Below are positions 14,230 to 26,949 of a stretch of 64,000 nucleotides of DNA, in pieces. Source of the stretch: Ophelia neglecta (taxonomy: Eukaryota); the NCBI GenBank assembly GCA_965285935.1, contig OZ260662.1, positions 50,406,001 through 50,470,000 of the forward strand. The letters are read 5' to 3'. A program made the position numbers and the translations under genes. Position 1 is the stretch's first letter. Each line of letters starts with the position of its first letter. The notes under the pieces are model-generated. The model worked only from the letters and a program-made list of their open reading frames with translations. It ran no database searches and had not been told where the DNA came from.

Positions 14230-17200
14230 TTAGCTGTGAAAATATTTCTTCTCGATTTCGTCGTTTCTTTTATCCGCTAAGCTGTGAAAATAAGATGAGA
14301 TTTAATTAATAGTTTGTTGTTTTTCGCTGCGGCAACTTCGAGTAAGAGCAAAAAAAGATTATTTTTTTCTATAATATATATCCACTTACATTATCAAACC
14401 GAAAATACCAAACGATATAATGGATAATATGTCGACCGAAATCCAGAAGGCGAGAAACTGACCAGGGGTCTAAATAAAATGCGTTAGATCAAAACCATGT
14501 GAACCAAAAAAATATGTCTGGGAGTGTACAATGTGATGAAAATATCTAATGCAGTCTATTCTAGCGAAATAAAAATACGAAGTGTGTTTGTGAATATTTC
14601 AAAAGAAAAAAAAAGAAATTTTTATCGGATATATGTACTTAAAATTTGAAAAATGTATGCTTAAGTGGTAAACAAGGTCATTTAGAAGTAACTTTCATGT
14701 CTCTATACTAACCATGCGCCACACTGGTTTCTGTAGGTCGCCTAGTTCTAGAGTGTCGGTCGCTATGATACTGACCCCCATACACCAGTGGAGTGAATAC
14801 AGCCACTCCGTATTAACTGTAAACACGGTTACTCGGATATTCCTATCTTCGTAATTTCTGCAATGTGCAAAGAAAAATTGAATTTGTCAAAATGTCAAAT
14901 ATGCGACTTCAGAAAAGATATCGTTGCCTTCAAATTAGCCCTTTATAATATTGACTTGTCGCATTTATTGGCAAACAAGGAGCTGGAAATGGTTCTTAAA
15001 AATTAAACGGTAGTGCGATAAAATGGAAGATGAATGCAAAATTTGATATCACTTGTATCGGGGATGAGTTTTTCAAAATTAATAATATATTTATAGACTA
15101 ATCAAATAGTTATGTGACTGGAGGTACTTTTTGGTCCGGTATTTTGTTTGCAATGTCGGTCCCATTTATTTACATAATTATGTGTTTTATACGACCTTTT
15201 CAACTATTTGTATCCACTGTTTGTAATATCTATAATATTTTAGTTGTTAGCGGTAATCCTCATGAGCCTACAATGTTGCAGAGTGTTACATAGTGTTCCA
15301 ATAAGGTTTTATTAGATGTTAAAGTACTGGTATCAGTGTATTTCATTTGTAGTTCGATCACTGTAANNNNNNNNNNNNNNNNNNNNNNNNNNNNNNNNNN
15401 NNNNNNNNNNNNNNNNNNNNNNNNNNNNNNNNNNNNNNNNNNNNNNNNNNNNNNNNNNNNNNNNNNNNNNNNNNNNNNNNNNNNNNNNNNNNNNNNGCTG
15501 GCGCAGTGTGTGCGATAGTCCCATTTTTAGTTGCCAATGTATAATGCATAACAAGTTTAACCCAATTATACGTGCCAATTTTCTGCTTAACTAAAGATGT
15601 ACTATTATTCGTTAACGAGATTGTTTGTCAACTAGGCCTAGGCCTACTTGATGTACGAGTGATATCTTACCTCACTTGATTAGCTGTCAATGTCCCATAT
15701 CTTACACTTATGTGAGAAATGCCCTTTTGCTTGAGAATCTCTGGATCATCGAGTGAACGCCATATCAGAGTGAACCCATTCGCTATGCCTACATCATAGC
15801 TCGACGTCCACATCACCTGAACGATATATCATTATTGTAAATTCCATCATTCGAAAGTTGAAAACTAAAAGATAACAAGTTGAAATGTGGAGATAAATAT
15901 AAATTAATAATTGCCGCATTTTTTTCGTTAATTTAAATTTTATAAAAATAAGGGAAAACGTAAGTAAACAAACAAGGGACAACGTTCGATGGGTTAATTT
16001 TCGATAATCAGGTTCAGTTGATATAAGTGGGCCCCCTTATAGTATGCCTGTTAAGAAAACAATGTGCACGTAAGTGTTTAATATAGGCCCTTATCGGTGG
16101 AAATATTTTTAATGACAAATCTACCACCTAATATCATCAATGTGTTTGATGCTAAGTGTGTGATGCAAAAGTTTTCTTACTTTTACTCCCTTTTAAAAGA
16201 AAACATATTCATAATCAGAAGTTGGCATTCATCTTGACTTAACCACATTTCAAATCGCAAAAGTTTTGTTTAGGCTCTGGGGTACTACCTAGAACATAGA
16301 ACTGTAAAGCCATATCAGAAAGTAGTTAGTGCACCTTTCATACGGATTGGTAGCGTGGAAGGGGGAGGGATGTAGAGGTATTTTCGACCCTTGGCCTCGG
16401 GATCGGCCTGTTGAATTGAACGGGATCTAGGAATGTAAGGCTTAATTTTTCATGACTCGGGATTTTACTTTTTTTCGTGCGCGATTCGGGATCAACGATT
16501 TTCATTTTCTATACATGTCACTTAAAGATGTTCTGATTCATTTCCCGTGACTATGGATTCAATTTTCAATTTATCGGGATTCGAGATATGCCTATCTTAC
16601 CAACTGTGAATTATTTGGTCCCAAACGTCCTCTCTAAACAGGGTTACATTTATTTTTTATTTTTTAGTTTCACATGCACTTTTTCCTCATACGGGCATCC
16701 TCACGTGTTACAGACCTCCCTACCACTATACCACTGCACAAAAAGTGCTATGGAAGATGTTTCCGTTTGGAGAAATGCTCTAGTTAACGAGAATGAGAAC
16801 AAGTTATTTGGCAAGGACTTTTCTTTGAAAAAATTCTTTCTTCAAGATGTTTTTAAATAATCAACAGGGTTCTTGATTCTACCTACTTTTTTAGGAGGAA
16901 GGCCGCTGTCGAGTATTGTCCTTACTATAATATCACGCCATGTATCGTTTTGCGACAAAGGATGTGTTTCCTCTGTGCAAGGGAATTTCAAATCTAGCAT
17001 TATATTCTTGTTCTGCCTCCTAGCAATGTCCAAATATGACGCCAGTGGAAGTATCTTCTGTGACCGGATTAAAGCTTTCTCTTCATCGCTCAAATATTTG
17101 ACAGTTCCATATGGATCACTCTGTTTAGAAATAAAATAGACATTTAATTATTAAATATGCTTAAAGTAATAATAATAAGGTAAAGGAGTTTGAGTTGTAG

Positions 17201-20200
17201 CCGTGTTTTTCAAAGGTTGTGTGTGTGTGGGGGGGGGGGGCATTTATGTTTCTCCGTGTCATTAGGGCCAGGGCCGGGTGTAACTAAAGGCTTAATTCAT
17301 CATTTTAATACTCATAGACCTTGAAAATGAACACCAATGTAAAATCTGAGAACTCGATGATATGCGCACAATATGGTTTCATATAAGTTCCCAATGTACT
17401 TGTAGGCTCTAACTGAAAAACTGATGATTGAAATCATGGTTATTTTCGAGTTGACCTTGAAAAAGTATGTCAAGGTCAAATCAAACGACGCCTTCTGCTT
17501 CACCCATATGGTCCCAATACCTTTTGAAGGCCTCACTGCAGTTCACTTCCGGGCTCGATATATTATGAAAGACAACATATCATTTAAAAAGGTTCACTTC
17601 GAGATAAATCGGCACTGTTCATTGGGCAAATGAATTTTAAATGGTCGCATTTCCGGTCTCTAGGAAGAGTATAATGGGAGTGCCTATGATGGCGACTTTA
17701 TTTCATTCAAACTTTTCGGGTCAACAAGCTTGCCTATTTATCGTGCTTTTTTGCACAAATGCGGTTAATATCATTCTAATTCTGGTTAATATGTGATCAG
17801 AACACGTAGCCAGATGTCTTCACTTGCATAGGCCTCTATATTCGCGCAGTATTCGCATTGCGATATTACGTGATTTGTACAGGTTTTCACCAATTCCCAG
17901 AATCCGGAAACTCCGTGAAAGATTGGCTCTATTTTCCGTGAAGTCCCGTACACGCAAACCATACTTTAATTACTGCAAAACATGAGTGAGACAGGTCATT
18001 TCGTCCCACGGACTTTTCGTTCTCAGTGTCTTTCATCAATTGACCATTCCTGCAATACCATACGCCGCCTGGTGGTGACCGCAGAACTACGGTTTTCGTA
18101 CATCCCGGTCGACCACTTTTCGCGAGCCACTGCGCATCCCACTGCGCACATTATGCAGGTCGCCCAGGGACATGCGAACAGCTGATCAAGAAGGCTTGAC
18201 AGGCTGTCCACAGTTGTTTCACGCGAAGTATTTCGGATCTCCAATCGCGACTCCTCGTTTATTTTTCAATTGTTCTGGGTCTTGAACACAGCCTAGATCG
18301 TTTGTTCACGTTCAATTTGTCAACGATCGTGCAGTTTTCCTTCGAAGGTTTGCCTTCTCTTCGTACAAGGCGCCGCCATCATGCAACCGATGCCGGGTTG
18401 TCACGGGGCCATTTAACCCAAGATATTTGTTCCATCCAAGGATATTTGTCCAAGTGTTTTATCTTCCTGCTATGCGAGAAGCATTCCGCTGCCTCGCAGA
18501 TAAACACCATCGTTCCTTCTTTCGTTTTAAAGCTCAAAATAACGGTTGTACGACGCAGACCTCAGAATGCCATGAAAACGCCATGAAATGTTTATGACAG
18601 CTTGGGTACGCCTACTGGAGTGGTCGACTTTTTTCCCACAATGCATTACGTTATCGTAGTTCTGCGGTTTCCACCAGGCGGCGTATGGTATTGCAGGAAT
18701 GGTCAATTGCCAATTACTGTGATCCCCCATTTTGGACAATAAAAGTTGACAACATTGAGAAGGCTTACACAGATCCACTTCATAGCTCTCCATGTTTTCC
18801 GACATAATTATTAGACAGGCACTATTTTCTTGATTATAATATCAAACTAATTGATCATATATGCGAGCTATAGGTTGCAGGGAACTAAATAAATCTCCTA
18901 TCTCTTACATGTTAAATCGAGGCTTTTCGTCGTCATTTTTCGTATTTTCACAACAATAATCTGCATATAGCGACTAGTTCTGCCTAGAGGCCTATGTATT
19001 AGGGAAAAAATATCAAAAATTCAGCATAGCAAATGTACAAAAAATTTTTGCTAGAGGCTCGAGAAGAAAAAGTGGCCATTTTACTTGTTTTTGTCACATT
19101 TGGCTGCCATACCGCACAAATGAACCCAAAAATATCCACATGGGTCTTTCGGAATCCCACAATTCCAAAACAATACCATCCCCGGTCAAAAATTATTTAC
19201 TCTTCATAAGCATACTATCTAAATTTTACTATTAACACATAAACCAGGCAACCCGGGTATGTTTTCTGCCTTTTTTGGCCAATCACAGGCCAGCTTGGCC
19301 AACTTTATTATTGCCCTGAGAGCTCTGGAACACCTACCAGGGGGCAGCACTGCATGGAAAAACTGCTATTTAGTTCACTGCAACCTATAAGGGGAATTTT
19401 TTTTTCCGGGCTTTCTAAAAAACTGCGTTAAATGGTAGCTAATGATCATTGCAAATCTATTTCCAATGTTTTTTGGGCAAAAAAATGGGTTTTTCTGCCT
19501 CGCCTGGCCATTTGAAAATGACATGTCTACTCGGTATGGGCCCAAATAAACCCCCCTGATGACGCCTCATTCGAAAATGTAAAAATGTTGAATATCTAAC
19601 GTCATTATTATGAACCTAAAGTTGTATGTCCACTTCTCATACACAACTGCTCATGCAAATGGACCCCCTTCCTACCCGATACACGAATATATACATCATG
19701 CTACTGCCATCACGACGGTTGCCATGGAAACCACACTTCAGCCTAGACTGGTTACTGGTTGTTACTTTTGTCATGGGCAGGCGTGAATTAGCCCAGTGAA
19801 TACCCAAATGTATAAGAAAGTAGTCAGAGGTCAAGTTGATATCATCCCTGAATAGTTGCAACAGTCATTGTGCACTAGCTACATAGTTGCCATGGCTACA
19901 AAGGACAGTAACAACCCATAGAGCGGCGTGTTGAATAATAATAAAATGTTCTTACTTGGTGGGCAAGGCTAATTGGCATGCATCTACACCTCCAAACAAA
20001 GTGAATTACCACATACGATTTGCCTCAAATTCGGAGGACAGTTCCTGAAAATATGGCCAGCTCTACCCAACACCACCGACCCCTCACCCCCTCCCCCTTC
20101 CCATCACTGCCGGCCATACTTTTCGCCCCCTATACATCAATTTAGGTGGCCTTTGGCCCTTGTTATCCCCTAGAGTCTTATTATAAGTATACAGAAGCAC

Positions 20201-23200
20201 ATTTTCACCAATAATAACTAAGTAGCAGGGATAAATTACACAAATTTAGGTGAAATTGTCCGATTTTAGCTAATTCTGCCTATAGGTTGCAGGGAACTAA
20301 ATAAATCTCCTATCTCTTACATGTTAAATCGAGGCTTTTCGTCGTCATTTTTCGTATTTTCACAACAATAATCTGCATATAGCGACTAGTTCTGCCTAGA
20401 GGCCTATGTATTAGGGAAAAAATATCAAAAATTCAGCATAGCAAATGTACAAAAATTTTTTGCTAGAGGCTCGAGAAGAAAAAGTGGCCATTTTACTTGT
20501 TTTTGTCACATTTGGCTGCCATACCGCACAAATGAACCCAAAAATATCCACATGGGTCTTTCGGAATCCCACAATTCCAAAACAATACCATCCCCGGTCA
20601 AAAATTATTTACTCTTCATAAGCATACTATCTAAATTTTACTATTAACACATAAACCAGGCAACCCGGGTATGTTTTCTGCCTTTTTTGGCCAATCACAG
20701 GCCAGCTTGGCCAACTTTATTATTGCCCTGAGAGCTCTGGAACACCTACCAGGGGGCAGCACTGCATGGAAAAACTGCTATTTAGTTCACTGCAACCTAT
20801 AAAGTAACTGCAGGACAGCCCCCCTGGCCGCCATTTCTGCAACTACACCAATTGTAGAGAGTTAACCACATGATTCGTACACGGGGGGACAATTTCATGA
20901 ATATATTGAGGGTGGTGATCGACCTAGAAAATAAAGTCATCTTACCCCCTCTATTATATAAGCATAAGTTCTTGAAGAGCCCTTACTTGTAAAAACCAGG
21001 AGCCGGCGTCTAGTTGTTGTAGCTGAGCCATGGTGAACATGCAAGGTTTGAGGTGGGCAACTCTAGGAAACACATCCTCCACGTTAGTCGTCCTGATTAG
21101 AGTATTCTCGTCGTGATGCATAAACGGAATGCCATCAATACTACAGAAAAAAAGTGACAGGTGTGTAGGATTATTTGATATCTCGGCTGTTAAGTCCCCC
21201 AGACACAAAACCAATGGGTAATAACACCCCATGGACGAAATGTACCAATATTTTATGACCAGCGGATGTAATAAACTTAGGATTTCGAGACCGTGTTTCC
21301 AGTTAAACTAGAATTTCTGGACAGACGAATTAAAATATAGTATTTCTAGCCAGGGTAGCTCCCGGGCTCGTGTTATGGTGAGCAAATATAGCTCGGTAGG
21401 ACCTACCGCCCAAGAACTCACTGTTACACCGGCATAAAGCTATGGAGATATGAAGCATTATGAAAGTTTTAATTATGGCATATTGGGGTCATCAACAAAG
21501 GGACGTTTTATTTAATCTCTTGAACCAGGAAGGTTCTCAGTAGACTAAAAGGTTCAAGAGATTAAATAAAACGTCCCTTTGTTGATGAATTCATATCGAA
21601 ACTAGTTGAATGTTTTTCCGTCAATAGAAAGGTACAGTTCAGTATACCTGATAGATACATCGGACTCGAGTGTGATGACTTGAGGATTGGAGGCTGCGTT
21701 CTTGAATGCAATTTCTGTATTCTCCGGGTACATCTGAAGTATATACACACAGATTTTGTTACAAGTAATGTATAATGTAGTTATAAGGCCTACGTATGAA
21801 AAGCATATGAATTTCTTTTAAACATTGTGATCATAATAACAAGTTAAATAGAATATCGGGCCGATTTAAAGCCCCAGCACCGAACGTGAGAAAGAGAGAT
21901 AAATATATGATAAAAAAAATGAATGACTAAAATATGTTATGGTTAAGGAAAAGAGCCCAGGAGTCGGAAACGGACATCTAAACTTTTACAATAGCCGCAT
22001 TTGTGAATGTGAACGCAAAAAAATATATAATATGTAAATATACTCAGAAAACGACGAAACATGGCTGCTGGTCTTACAATAGACTGTATAACTATAACCA
22101 ACAATGTGCTAACGACCTGTCATTAATTTATTGATATAGACAAAATAATAATGGTTGGGTCTACCTCTGAATTACCACCATGTGCAACAAGCTTTGGCCG
22201 AGGGTATAATTTGTCTTCTTGGCCGACACAAGGAGAATGGACGAAAACAGGGAATACATAGACAGCCACCAGCACCAGGGAAAACATCACAAACCAGACG
22301 ACTTTGCAAGCTAAATATGTGTACAGATATAGACAGTATATTCATTGAGTAAAATATATCAAATATTGTCCATAATGTGTAATTATGGCATTAACTAATT
22401 TTATTGAAATGTTATGAGATATTGAAATAGATTGACTCACGTTGGTTTTTAATTTTCGTCCCGAATGATATGACAAACCATCCGACCACAGTCATTAAAG
22501 CTACCAGGGTAGTGTGTAGATATAGAACAGTGAACTGAAATATATAAAAACAAGTTCTACCCGTGCCTAGCTCTCACAACTGTTTTATCATCAGCAATGA
22601 AATACGACAGGATAAGGCTACATATTTTCGAAAGATAAAAACATTTATCAAAATCATAAATTGTATTATGTAAACTAGGGTTTTAAAAGTACAACAATGT
22701 TTCAAAACAAAACAAAAGCGTTATTCACAATGGGTCATAAACCAACAACTTAAGTGTCAAATGGTAGGAAAGGTTTCATGCTAGTAACTATTAGTAAGAT
22801 AATTCTTTCATTCCCATTTTCGATTAAAATCATTAACCTCCGCCCCCCCCCCCCCCACACACACACACACCCAATCCCCCCCTTCCCCCCTCCCCAAAAA
22901 ACCCAATCCCGCCACAAACCAGCCCACCCCATGCAGCTGATGGTAGATGATCGCTGCCTGAATGTTTTAATATTTTATAGATCTAATACCTGAAATGACA
23001 TCAAGACTAGAGGCCATCCTATGTCCCACGCAATCCTTATCAGTGCCGTGAAGATGGCACTCGCCACTAATATTAGCACAAGTAGTATAATATGTACAAC
23101 GCCAAGGGACGGGGGTATATGCAGACCAACATTGCACATATACAAAATCTGCAAACAACATTCAATGAGTAATTTTTTTCTTCAAAAAAGCGGCTTATTT

Positions 23201-25003
23201 AGAAATAATAAATTGAAAAAAAATGATCCTTACTAGTAAAAGTGCGAGATAGAGGCACACCACACATGTCAACGTCACTAGCGCCGTGAAGAAAGGAAAT
23301 GAAAATCCTAAAGACAACCAAATGTACCTACAACAGCCAAATAAACAGTTAGGGAAGCGGGATTTATTTCGGAAAATAAACTTTCTGTGCCATTTACAGT
23401 GAAGCCATCCTTTTTTATTATTGTGCATTAACATACTGCTTTGAGAAAAGTGAACATACAGGGAGCAAATATAATTCAGTTGTGATATAAATATTTATAA
23501 CTTTACATATTTCCCTTACCTGTCTATATCAACCCTGCTGTTTCCACTTATGACCCAGACGTAGAGCCAGAAAGCCATGTACAGAGATGCTGCCGAGAAC
23601 ACTGCGAACCCCACCCCATTCCACTATAAAGGGCATAAAAATACTTTATTTTGGAACCATTATTAGTTTGGTACAATTAAAATGTTTAAGTGAATTAAAA
23701 CCATGCTATCATCCTCGCTCTGCTACCAGTTCTGAACTTTTCAACGTTATTCTAGAAACATTTACCTAACCCTATAAAGGATAAAACCTTATAAGGATGT
23801 ACAAAATACGTTGAAAATTGGAGATTCAAATCATCCAGGGAATGAGCAAATGTAAAAAAGAGATTTTCTACATTTTGAATCTCGATGGACACGTGTTGGG
23901 GGGAGTCTATCGTGACAAGGTGAAAAAGAATGGGAGTCGTTCTTTCTTAGTTCTTGTAATTAATTACCTTGAAAAAATTGTACTTTTTTCTTGACAAGAC
24001 CAATATGAGTTGCGCTATATATATGTGTGTGTGTTATTACAGTTGTATGCGCAATAAGTAACCATATTTGCCTAAAATTGTCGGATCATCGAGTCTCTGT
24101 TTTCGAAACACAAACACACGTTTCCAGCCTTAACCATAACAAACATGTAATGAGTGACTGATTGGGTCGACTGCCTGGGGCGCATCGTACGTCACAGGCC
24201 AAGGCGCCCGCGCCGAATAAGCAACCATGGCCATACCCATTACCCCGCAAAAATTGCAAAAGACAGCACAACATGTATACACATTAATTATTATGCATAA
24301 AATGGCGAGACGGTTCACCGGGTTATACACAATAATTATCATGCATAAAATGGCGAGACGGTTCATTGGGTTAAACAGACTTTTTGCCTTGCATTCCTTC
24401 TAAGCATACTGGATTGCCGAAACGGCTTATGTCCTTTAAATAGTATAGAATATTTAGTGAAACTTGTGTAATGAGGCCACTTAGTGACTTGCCCGAAAGA
24501 GGTCATAAAAGACAAGCTGTCTTTTTACACAAATTGGACAGCCGAAAATTAGTTTTCAAATAGGGGCCTAGGAAACAATTCCGAGACATCAAATACGTGC
24601 TAGCAGTTAATGTTAAACTGAGCTTTGTAACTCGTTATGCGTTATTTTATAACTACAACAAAGTTACTTATTTCATGAATGTGGTGGCAAGGATTAAGTG
24701 ATCACCAAGTGCCTGGTTACAATTATGATAATATGCCTTGACAGATGGGAAAACAACAATACCGATCAACAAGTACACATATCTACACACGTCAAAAGTG
24801 GGGTCAACTTATAAAAGGTATTCCAAATCTCTTCCAAGTAAGGATGACTGGGTATCGGATGATGTGGCGAATACGTGGACTGTGCCTCTGTGCCTAGGAT
24901 TGAATATCACAGAAGTTCAAAATATTTAATTTACCGTTTGCGACGGGGCTTTCCTTCCATTTTCCCAGCGACAGCTCAATAATCCCGATACACAGTTCTT
25001 CAT
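14230..25003 (-). CDS. GDPD4/GDPD5-like six-TM glycerophosphodiester phosphodiesterase, copy B (13 coding exons, about 520 aa)
   Basis: Exons: 25003-24935, 23623-23520, 23327-23234, 23148-22990, 22534-22441, 22310-22165, 21733-21648, 21140-20987, 17120-16887, 15816-15671, 14857-14713, 14469-14390, 14281-14230. Total 1563 nt, open frame, all GT-AG. Starts MKNCVSGLLSCRW, has several hydrophobic helices, then the GDPD domain (AHGG, PENT, LESD, MHHD, LDAGSWF), a TM helix and a short tail. Confidence 0.9.
15367..15496. other. Assembly gap (130 N) in GDPD copy B intron 10
   Basis: Run of N. Confidence 0.99.
18041..18705 (-). mobile_element. Internally deleted TIR transposon carrying a THAP-domain remnant (ISL2EU/PIF-Harbinger-like)
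   Basis: Long TIRs TGACCATTCCTGCAATACCATACGCCGCCTGGTGG...CCGCAGAACTACG, flanked by AT/AT. Minus-strand 18510-18259 reads MVFICEAAECFSHSRK...ISWVKWPRDNPASVA*WRRLVRR...KRSRLCSR, a THAP pattern (C-x4-C, WP, W, LCS) with one stop and truncation before the final His. Confidence 0.8.
18871..19387. mobile_element. 517-bp MITE, copy 1 (GDPD copy B intron 8)
   Basis: 21-bp TIR TAGGTTGCAG(G/T)GAACTAAATA with one mismatch, TA flanks. By eye identical to 20283-20799. Confidence 0.85.
20283..20799. mobile_element. 517-bp MITE, copy 2 (same orientation)
   Basis: Same TIRs, length and TA flanks as 18871-19387. Confidence 0.85.
21489..21588. repeat. Perfect 38-bp inverted repeat with 24-nt spacer (mini-MITE or hairpin)
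   Basis: TCATCAACAAAGGGACGTTTTATTTAATCTCTTGAACC (21489-21526) and its reverse complement (21551-21588). Confidence 0.85.
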
Positions 25004-25194
25004 TAATAGAAAGTCGCGGACATCGCCAGGGAAAAAGTCTATTTCAACAGCCACTGTCTACTGCATCGCTGGTTGATGAATATTTGAAACACATGCACAT
25101 GTATATGCCCTTAAAGACAACTGTGATGGTTGAGCGAGATTGGGATGCATCGCCGGATAGGTGAATAGCCCTGCTATGATAGGTGAGACGGATC

Positions 25195-25410
25195 ACAGAA
25201 CATATGGAGGGGGGTGGGGGTGGGGGGGGGGGTGTACAAGCGAAAATGGAACAGTTGTAACAGTACATATGGAGGGGTGGTCTACAAGCCAAAAGGGTCT
25301 AATTGTGACAGTACATATGGAGGGGTGGCGTTCAAGCGAAAAGGGTCTATTGGTGACAGCACATATGGGGGCGGAGGGGGGGGGGTGCAAGCGAAAAGGG
25401 TCCAGTTGTG
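25195..25410. repeat. Degenerate minisatellite, about 50-65 bp unit, 4 copies
   Basis: Repeated CATATGGAGGGGTGG...CAAGCGAAAAGGGTC...GTGACAGTA just upstream of GDPD copy B exon 1. Confidence 0.8.
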
Positions 25411-26949
25411 TTTTTCTTGAAACAACAAGTTATTGGTACGAAATGAATCACAGGGTATAATAAGGTGATCATAATCTGTAGTCATAATATGCAAGTGTCA
25501 CCATGGCTACGGAATTAGGTACTTGTGTGCATAAAAATGTGTTTTCATCTATCACATCGCATTAAATAAACAATTATGGTCGATATATCTACCGTTTTTC
25601 AGGCATCGCACAAATAGGTTTTATCAAGGTAAACAGACTAAACGTCATCATTACCGATCAATTAGCCTATTATTTTACACTAAATGTTATCATTACAGAT
25701 CAGTTTTTTAGCCCACAGTTACAGCACAATCTACTTAATTCCTGAAAATGAGGTAAAATGGTTTTAATTTAGGGGTTACTGACCTTTGGGACAGTGCTAA
25801 ATCATCTCTAGCGGCAAATTTGTCTCACCGTTGATTGAAAACTACATTAATAATAGAGTGAAATAAGCTTTTTATTTCTATCTTGTATAATTGATTTGTC
25901 TTTAAAGTTTATCTTTGAATTTAACTTCAAACAAGTATGGCCTACATGAATTCGAATGAACCCCTTTAACTGTGTAAGCTGAGGTGTCTTGTCCCTCTGC
26001 AGTTTTCTTCCCTGCCACGGCTGCGCCAATGGAACCATTTAATAATTGGGTCACGCATGCCCAGTGACAGAAAAATGGTTCATGCATATGCCCTATTGTT
26101 ACCTCAATTACGCACAAACACACGGTCTCATACTTGCAGATACAACATATCAACCAACAGGAAATAGTAAGAAAAACAACTTTAAGGATATGGTTGCTCA
26201 GTACAAAATATAATAAAGGCACATTTGAATACATTCTTAAGCTGTATGCTTAATGTTAATCATCAAAACGGCTATGGTGGCGGCTAACATAAAGCTTCGT
26301 GCGCTTAGTGTGCCATTTTAATTATATGGTAAAGTAACAGGCAGAGCTAAAATGAGTTGATAGTGTATTCAACGGGGAACGAACAAATTTTCTTTAAAAG
26401 AACATAAACGCGAAGGGCAATAAATAAATGTGCTATTTGCGACGGAACAAAAGCTTTGTATGTAAGAAGTGGACACTGCATGGGTAAAATGGTGGTTTGC
26501 CAGCTAGTAGAGGGTAGAGGGTAGATAATAAGCATGTCGGTGAATTCAAATTTTAAAAGATATTTGACAGTTGCAACTCCAATGAGTCATATACTGGCTA
26601 TAGTTGAGGTTATCTTATATACTTCGTGCATGTTACATAATCTCATATAGGCCTACAAAATAAGCAAATGTGTGCGTTGGGTCGAAATTCCATTTAAAGC
26701 TAAACATCTGTCAAAATGAAAATATGCTTTAGAATGTTTAATGGCGATACAGTGCCATTAAATGGACTTGACCTTACAACAGATCAAACCAATGCTGTAC
26801 GATTCTGGCAGTTTCGTATGGTTGGTTGTTTGTCTTGAGGCAATTTGTGGCAGTGCCAAAGCTATGCCACCGGACACAAGTTATCGTAAATATCCTAAAA
26901 ATTCAAACAAAGTCTGCAGCCAGTTAATACAGCATGAGAGATCACCTGT

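Noticed and set aside
18379-18381. In-frame TGA in the THAP remnant as selenocysteine or readthrough
   Set aside because: The element is truncated and decayed; simple nonsense mutation is more likely and no SECIS was seen.
4400-25003. Copies A and B as uncollapsed haplotypes
   Set aside because: Exon 10 and most intron interiors are too divergent, TE content differs, and a third paralog follows in tandem. Read depth would settle it.
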